Shown here piece after piece: positions 41,903-46,395 of a stretch of 46,395 nucleotides of DNA. Each line of letters opens with the position of its first letter. The stretch's first letter is position 1. The translations under genes were made by a program, and so were the position numbers. The notes below the pieces were generated by a model that worked only from the letters and a program-made list of their open reading frames with translations, had not been told where the DNA came from and made no database searches. Source of the DNA: Spirochaetales bacterium (GTDB lineage Bacteria; Spirochaetota; Spirochaetia; JABEVK01); assembly GCA_027451385.1 (NCBI GenBank), contig DAIDJJ010000002.1, positions 1 to 46,395 of the forward strand. The letters are read 5' to 3'.

Positions 41903-43272
41903 AGGCCCGAAGCCTCCCAGACCGTGGCTCCCACCAAGTCTTTTAACGCCCCCTCGACTTTGTTTCTCAACTGAAGGAAATACTCTGAATGCTCACGATG
42001 CCGACTCCAGGCTTTTTCCAACCCTAGATTACCCGCCGCACCGACATGAGTTCGATTCGCGATGGTTGCCTCAGGATTCCGTGATTTCAAGCGATCTAAG
42101 TTCAAACCCACTTCTCGGTAGGCATCTCGGAAGGTCATCCCGGCCTGGACCAACTCATAGGCCGCATCGGTGGCAAAAATATCCGGTGTAAAGCCTCGGA
42201 GCAAAGCGGCTTCATCTACCTCTAGCTCCTTGACGGTTAACCTCATCACGGCAAGACAATCTCGAGCCAAGCTCAATCCGCGAAAATATGGTTCTTTGGT
42301 CTCTTGAAAGTCACGATTGTAGCCAGAGGGAAGTGATCTTAGGACTCCCTTGACCTGGACTGCCCAAGCCGAAAGACTTGCACTTTTAGCCCTTATTAAT
42401 TCTAAACCGTCTGGATTCTTTTTTTGAGGCATGATGCTCGAGCCCGAACATAAAGCGGGTGGCAAATGAAAATATCCAAACTCTGGTAAGGAAAATAAAA
42501 TCAAATCTTGAGCCATCTTGCTCAAAGAGAGTCCCAAAATATCCAAGGAATCCAAGACTATGGCTTCAATTTTTCCTCTAGAGTTATTCGCTCCAAGGAC
42601 ATTATTTTGCACACGAGAAAAACCGAGAAGCCGTGCTGTATATTCCCGGTCAAGGGGGAGCGGAACTCCATAACTTGCAGCAGAACCCAACGGGCTCTGA
42701 TCTACGAGAAGATATGCGGTTTTTAACAGCTCGAGATCGTCCAGAAGCCCTTCAGCCCACGCACTAGCCCACAACCCTACCGAGGAAGGCATTCCCGTTT
42801 GAAGATGCGTACGACCAGGCATCGGAGTCTGCTGATACTTTTTTGCGAATTCCAGCCAGTCTGCAATAAGCCCTAAGGCTTCTTCGGCAACCCTGTTTAA
42901 AGCTGACCTCGACCAGACTCTTAAGGCCGTCAATACCTGATCATTTCGTGAACGACCTGTATGAATCTTTTTGCCAATCTCACCACAAAGCTGGACTAAA
43001 CGGTTTTCTATCGCGGTATGGCAGTCTTCGTCTTCGCGATTGACTGTTAAGGTTCCAGCTTTCCACTCTAGTATAATCTGACCAATTGCCGTCGAGAGGG
43101 CTTGTTCTTCTGTCTGAGTTAAGAGGCCAATAGCCGACAATTGACGGGCTTGAGCCACCGAGGCCACCGCGTCGGCAGGTAACAAATCCCGGTCGATCAG
43201 ATAATCCTGACCTACTGTAAAGGACTCAATCAATTCATTTAAGGTGTAGTTTTTTTGCCATAGTTTGGCCAA
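41899..43272 (-). CDS. argH: Argininosuccinate lyase
   Basis: Fumarate-lyase signature GSSIMPQKKNPD, plus TGRSRNDQV and MPGRTHLQ blocks. Confidence 0.93.
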   Translation of the reverse strand: MAKLWQKNYTLNELIESFTVGQDYLIDRDLLPADAVASVAQARQLSAIGLLTQTEEQALSTAIGQIILEWKAGTLTVNREDEDCHTAIENRLVQLCGEIGKKIHTGRSRNDQVLTALRVWSRSALNRVAEEALGLIADWLEFAKKYQQTPMPGRTHLQTGMPSSVGLWASAWAEGLLDDLELLKTAYLLVDQSPLGSAASYGVPLPLDREYTARLLGFSRVQNNVLGANNSRGKIEAIVLDSLDILGLSLSKMAQDLILFSLPEFGYFHLPPALCSGSSIMPQKKNPDGLELIRAKSASLSAWAVQVKGVLRSLPSGYNRDFQETKEPYFRGLSLARDCLAVMRLTVKELEVDEAALLRGFTPDIFATDAAYELVQAGMTFRDAYREVGLNLDRLKSRNPEATIANRTHVGAAGNLGLEKAWSRHREHSEYFLQLRNKVEGALKDLVGATVWEASGL

Positions 43273-43289
43273 GATGAACTCCGTGTTTT

Positions 43290-43940
43290 TTAGTTATCGA
43301 TCGAAAGGGGTAAAATCAGTCGGGCCACTGTTTCCTGTTCATGGGTATAGACTCGGAAAAACTCTCCATCAAACCCGACTTTCTTTAACATGAGAACTAA
43401 CACTAAAATGCCCAAACCTGCCCCTTCGGATTCGTCCAACATATCCGAAAACGCGTCTTCAAGGGTATTGTAGCTCATGGCTTTGGTGATTTTGTCACGA
43501 ATGCGCTCTTCTTCAGCCGGCAATAGGGCAACGTTATTGCGGACGGCTACGGAAACCATATCTTTTCGGTACAGAAATTCTACTTTGACATACAACTCTT
43601 TTTCTTTGAGTAGCTTTAAATAGTGCGACTGATTTTGAAGCATATCGGCTTTAAAATCTTTCATCCCCAAACGATATTGTTCCTCATCGATCGGGTTCAA
43701 GGCTTTTTCTTGAAAGTAGAGCCGCTTGGTATTAGCCTTTTTCGCATTAACAACAAGCTCTTTCAAACAATACGAGATTTGCTCCAAAATAAAAGGAACA
43801 CCGATTTCTTCTAAGAACACCTTAAGCAGGGCATCTATATATTGCTGAGCTTTGGGCAAAAACGTGTATGTTTTTATGGTTAAAGGCTTACCTTCTTTGA
43901 GAGCACGTATTACCTTTTTGTGACTAGTTTCATCTGTCAT
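43290..43940 (-). CDS. GHKL/HATPase_c-like protein (anti-sigma-kinase-like fold) with a divergent ATP-lid
   Basis: N-box-like CLKELVVNAKKAN and G2-box-like DESEGAGLGILVLVL. The expected DxGxG (G1) position reads VAVRNNVALL. Confidence 0.5.
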   Translation of the reverse strand: MTDETSHKKVIRALKEGKPLTIKTYTFLPKAQQYIDALLKVFLEEIGVPFILEQISYCLKELVVNAKKANTKRLYFQEKALNPIDEEQYRLGMKDFKADMLQNQSHYLKLLKEKELYVKVEFLYRKDMVSVAVRNNVALLPAEEERIRDKITKAMSYNTLEDAFSDMLDESEGAGLGILVLVLMLKKVGFDGEFFRVYTHEQETVARLILPLSIDN

Positions 43941-44020
43941 AGTTTTTCTCTACACAGTTCCGTACTTATTTTAGGCTAAAGGAAAGCAAAATAGCAAGCG
44001 AAGTTAAACTTTCTGCCCTC

Positions 44021-44049
44021 TTGGAATGCCCCCCCTGCTTTGTTATGAT
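44021..44049 (+). promoter_or_regulatory. Candidate promoter TTGGAA-N17-TATGAT with a C7 tract in the spacer
   Basis: TTGGAA at 44021-44026, C7 at 44029-44035, and TATGAT at 44044-44049. ATG 44056 lies 7 nt after the -10. Confidence 0.45.
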
Positions 44050-44055
44050 GGACCT

Positions 44056-45405
44056 ATGAAACCGAATCTTTCCTTTTACCGAATTCTTCTTCCTTTAACC
44101 TTATTTTTTGGTTTTTTTTCTTCCTGCGGAATGGGAAGCTTGGGGACAGGTGTTGTTCTTTGGTCAGACTCTGAAAATCTTGCCAATGGCTCCATTGTGT
44201 GGATTTGGGACCAAAGTTCTTTGCAAAAAACTTTCACGATTCAAAAAACAGATGGAGGAAGTCGTTTTACCATCGCGAATTGGCGTATTCGTTTCTTTAA
44301 TAACCCAGAAAAAGCTAAAACTTTTGCTACTCAATTTGCCCCGTGGAAAGACATCTGGGGCATTACCCAAAAAACAGGCATGGCCATTATGTCGCAACCG
44401 AATTCGACATCTCCTAAGGTGTATCGCTTAGGTTACAAAGAGGACGTAAAAATTCTTGGTCAGTTGCCACAAGCTACAACTGAAGGCGGTTTTACAGGAC
44501 ATTGGGATGAGGTCATGACCTCTTCTGGGTATACTGGCTGGTGTTTTGATTATTTCTTAAGTCTTTATCGGGTAACAAACAATCAGAAAGTAGTTCTCAA
44601 ACAAGGTGGACCTGAGGACTTTTATCTTCGCACCGTTGAAACGAATTCTTGGTATCCCCAAGAATTTCGCTTCGAAGTCGCTCAGAACAGAATTAACTTG
44701 AATTACTTTCGGCCAGACTATGACTTTCATTTTGACGGAGATAAAACTTTTTCGCTTACCATTCCCCCACCCCTGGGTTCCACCGCCCCTGCTTCATCGT
44801 ATACTTTTACCTTTAGTGATGTTCGAAAAATCGATGCAGGAACTTTTCTCTTCGTTTGTCCTCAAAACCTTATGGTACGCATACTGAACCCTGAGGTCAC
44901 CAAAATTGAAGTTTCTTTCAATGACGGCACACAAGCACACCGTTACCTTTATGTTCGCTTAGATCAAGATATTGGCACCTACATCTCTCAAGAAAACGCT
45001 TCCCGGGTAGATCAACTGAATGCCATCTTGGCCTATGGGACAAAACTTACCAGCTCCATTTACGGCACCATGAACTTAGGCAGTGATGGTTCAATCACCT
45101 GGACCGGTTTCCAAGCGTTGCAACCTCCCCAGGGAATTATTTTTCCTCAAGGTTTAGCAAACACCGCCCATATCTATTTTGACTGGTTTAAAGATTCGCA
45201 ATTTGCGGGAGATTGGAAAGTCTTTCGCCTTCAATTTGACCCGACCGCCCAAGTTCCCGAATTCTCCCAAGTCTTTTTGTACCGTTTTCTCAAGGGAGGA
45301 CTTCAGATGATCCCGGTCTCACGCTCTGATTTAAATCCTGACAAGCAAACTGTCTTACGCGAAAGTCGTGTTGGCTTCACCATATTTATGACGTTTGAGA
45401 AGTAA
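44056..45405 (+). CDS. Lipoprotein, unknown function
   Basis: Signal peptide with lipobox MKPNLSFYRILLPLTLFFGFFSSC, starting at ATG 44056. The track start at 44026 adds MPPLLCYDGP upstream with no SD. Confidence 0.65.
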   Translation: MKPNLSFYRILLPLTLFFGFFSSCGMGSLGTGVVLWSDSENLANGSIVWIWDQSSLQKTFTIQKTDGGSRFTIANWRIRFFNNPEKAKTFATQFAPWKDIWGITQKTGMAIMSQPNSTSPKVYRLGYKEDVKILGQLPQATTEGGFTGHWDEVMTSSGYTGWCFDYFLSLYRVTNNQKVVLKQGGPEDFYLRTVETNSWYPQEFRFEVAQNRINLNYFRPDYDFHFDGDKTFSLTIPPPLGSTAPASSYTFTFSDVRKIDAGTFLFVCPQNLMVRILNPEVTKIEVSFNDGTQAHRYLYVRLDQDIGTYISQENASRVDQLNAILAYGTKLTSSIYGTMNLGSDGSITWTGFQALQPPQGIIFPQGLANTAHIYFDWFKDSQFAGDWKVFRLQFDPTAQVPEFSQVFLYRFLKGGLQMIPVSRSDLNPDKQTVLRESRVGFTIFMTFEK

Positions 45406-46395
45406 ATGTCTTTTGTTCAACTCAACCGAGTCTCCTTGGCTTTCGGAGATCGTGACATCCTCTTAGAAACGAACTTAACACTTCGAGCAGATAAAAAAAC
45501 TGCCCTTGTGGGCATCAATGGTTCAGGAAAGTCGACTTTATTAAAAGTCCTTGCAGGAGAACTTACTCCTGATGGGGGGCAGGTTTATCACCCCGAAGGC
45601 GTTCGCATTGGTTACCTCCCCCAGTCCTGCCTTGTTTCAGGTGGTACAGTGTTCGAAGAAGCCGAACGCGCCTTTGAACACCTTCGGCAGAAAGAACTTG
45701 AAGCCCAGCGGTTAGCAGAAATGGCCGCTGAGGCAGAACCGCAACAAGCCTTTAAACTGCTTGAAAAAAGTCAGGAGATACGTGAATCCCTAGAAGTTTC
45801 TGGTTGGTACCGACGTCAGGAGCTCATTGAACAGACGTTGCGGGGGCTGGGCTTCACCTCAAAGACACTCTGCAGTCAGGTCGCTGTTTTATCGGGAGGT
45901 TGGCAAATGCGGGTGGCTTTAGCTCGTCAATTGCTGGAAGCTCCCGACCTTCTTCTCTTAGATGAACCAACGAACTATCTAGATCTTGAAGCCAAAGAAT
46001 GGCTTGAGACATTCTTGAAACGCCGTGAAAAGGGGTTTTGTTTGGTGTCACACGATAGGGCCTTTCTAGATGAAGTCATTGACCAGGTTATTGAAATTTC
46101 CGGGGGTCAACTCAACAGCTTTCCAGGCAATTTTTCTAGTTTTGAACGTAAACAAGCTGAAGAAAAACTTCGACTTCAAGAGGCTTGGAAGCGTCAACAA
46201 GCAGAACTCGCCAAACAAGAAGCTTACATTCAAAGATTCCGTGCCCAAGCCACAAAAGCAGCGGGAGTTCAAAGTCGAATCAAGCAACTAGACAAAGTGG
46301 AACGCCTTGAGCTGGAAAGTGAAAAACCAACACTGCGCTTTCGTTTCCCTCCTGTTCCGCACTCTGGCCATGATGTTTTGTCGCTACGTGGGTTA
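45406..46395 (+). CDS. ABC-F family ATPase (Uup/EttA-like); 3' end cut by the window edge; not in the ORF track
   Basis: ATG 45406 comes immediately after the upstream TAA. My translation is open to 46395: MSFVQLNRVSLAFGDRDIL...GINGSGKSTLLKVL (Walker A), LSGGWQMRVALARQLL (signature), LLLLDEPTNYLD (Walker B), then the ABC-F linker (RQAEEKLRLQEAWKRQQAELAKQEAYIQRFRAQATKA). Confidence 0.9.
   Translation, partial: MSFVQLNRVSLAFGDRDILLETNLTLRADKKTALVGINGSGKSTLLKVLAGELTPDGGQVYHPEGVRIGYLPQSCLVSGGTVFEEAERAFEHLRQKELEAQRLAEMAAEAEPQQAFKLLEKSQEIRESLEVSGWYRRQELIEQTLRGLGFTSKTLCSQVAVLSGGWQMRVALARQLLEAPDLLLLDEPTNYLDLEAKEWLETFLKRREKGFCLVSHDRAFLDEVIDQVIEISGGQLNSFPGNFSSFERKQAEEKLRLQEAWKRQQAELAKQEAYIQRFRAQATKAAGVQSRIKQLDKVERLELESEKPTLRFRFPPVPHSGHDVLSLRGL

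Noticed and set aside
45854-46291. Three ORFs of 65-73 aa on both strands
   Set aside because: They lie inside the ABC-F reading frame, which carries Walker and signature motifs.
1-46395. Mobile element, prophage, defence island, toxin-antitoxin pair or RNA genes
   Set aside because: I found no integrase-, transposase-, recombinase-, nuclease/helicase- or cas-like ORFs. There are no long terminal inverted or direct repeats and no tRNA- or rRNA-like sequence in the intergenic regions. The gene content is housekeeping and envelope-related.

Overview
This is a 46.4-kb chromosomal stretch from an unidentified diderm bacterium. It has frequent AGGAGG-type Shine-Dalgarno sites, ATGA-coupled operons and many signal-peptide or lipoprotein genes. 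I cannot assign a taxon from the sequence alone. I count about 46 protein-coding genes and see no rRNA, tRNA, CRISPR array, integrase or transposase. Gene order, left to right: (1) kdpC (partial), kdpB and kdpA on the minus strand; (2) a small outer-membrane barrel; (3) a disrupted GT4 glycosyltransferase; (4) a lipoprotein plus an MFS transporter; (5) an iteron-like repeat array; (6) an HU-like DNA-binding protein; (7) an HMA protein, nqrBCDEF (no nqrA) and an unknown 154-aa gene; (8) a lipoprotein-type GH13 debranching enzyme interrupted by one in-frame TGA; (9) an unknown 290-aa gene plus bioB (minus), divergent from bioA-F-G-C-D; (10) a NusG-paralog-led operon with a CapD-like dehydratase, a DegT aminotransferase and an XDH/CODH-like L-S-M trio; (11) a minus-strand envelope operon with a TPR protein, a LysM lytic transglycosylase, a secreted protein, a NUDIX hydrolase and a GT8-like enzyme; (12) icd, membrane and secreted proteins, and an aroDE fusion; (13) argH with flanking membrane and GHKL-like genes; (14) a lipoprotein; (15) a 3'-truncated ABC-F ATPase. 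Two edge genes (kdpC, ABC-F) are real but absent from the ORF track. The best candidate for something undescribed is the six-gene translationally coupled operon at 25068-31709. There, an amino-sugar front end under a specialised NusG runs straight into a three-subunit molybdenum-hydroxylase-like complex. By eye, its large subunit has lost the Moco/catalytic motifs while the Fe-S and FAD subunits look intact. Other notable points: nqr lacks nqrA and is bracketed by an HMA protein and an unknown gene that shares a near-identical ribosome-binding junction with nqrF. Two glycan-related genes carry lesions (an ATC start plus a frameshift; an in-frame TGA). Homopolymer tracts sit in the control regions of three surface-related loci. 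There are several phased or tandem intergenic repeats. All family calls come from motif recognition by eye; no searches were run.
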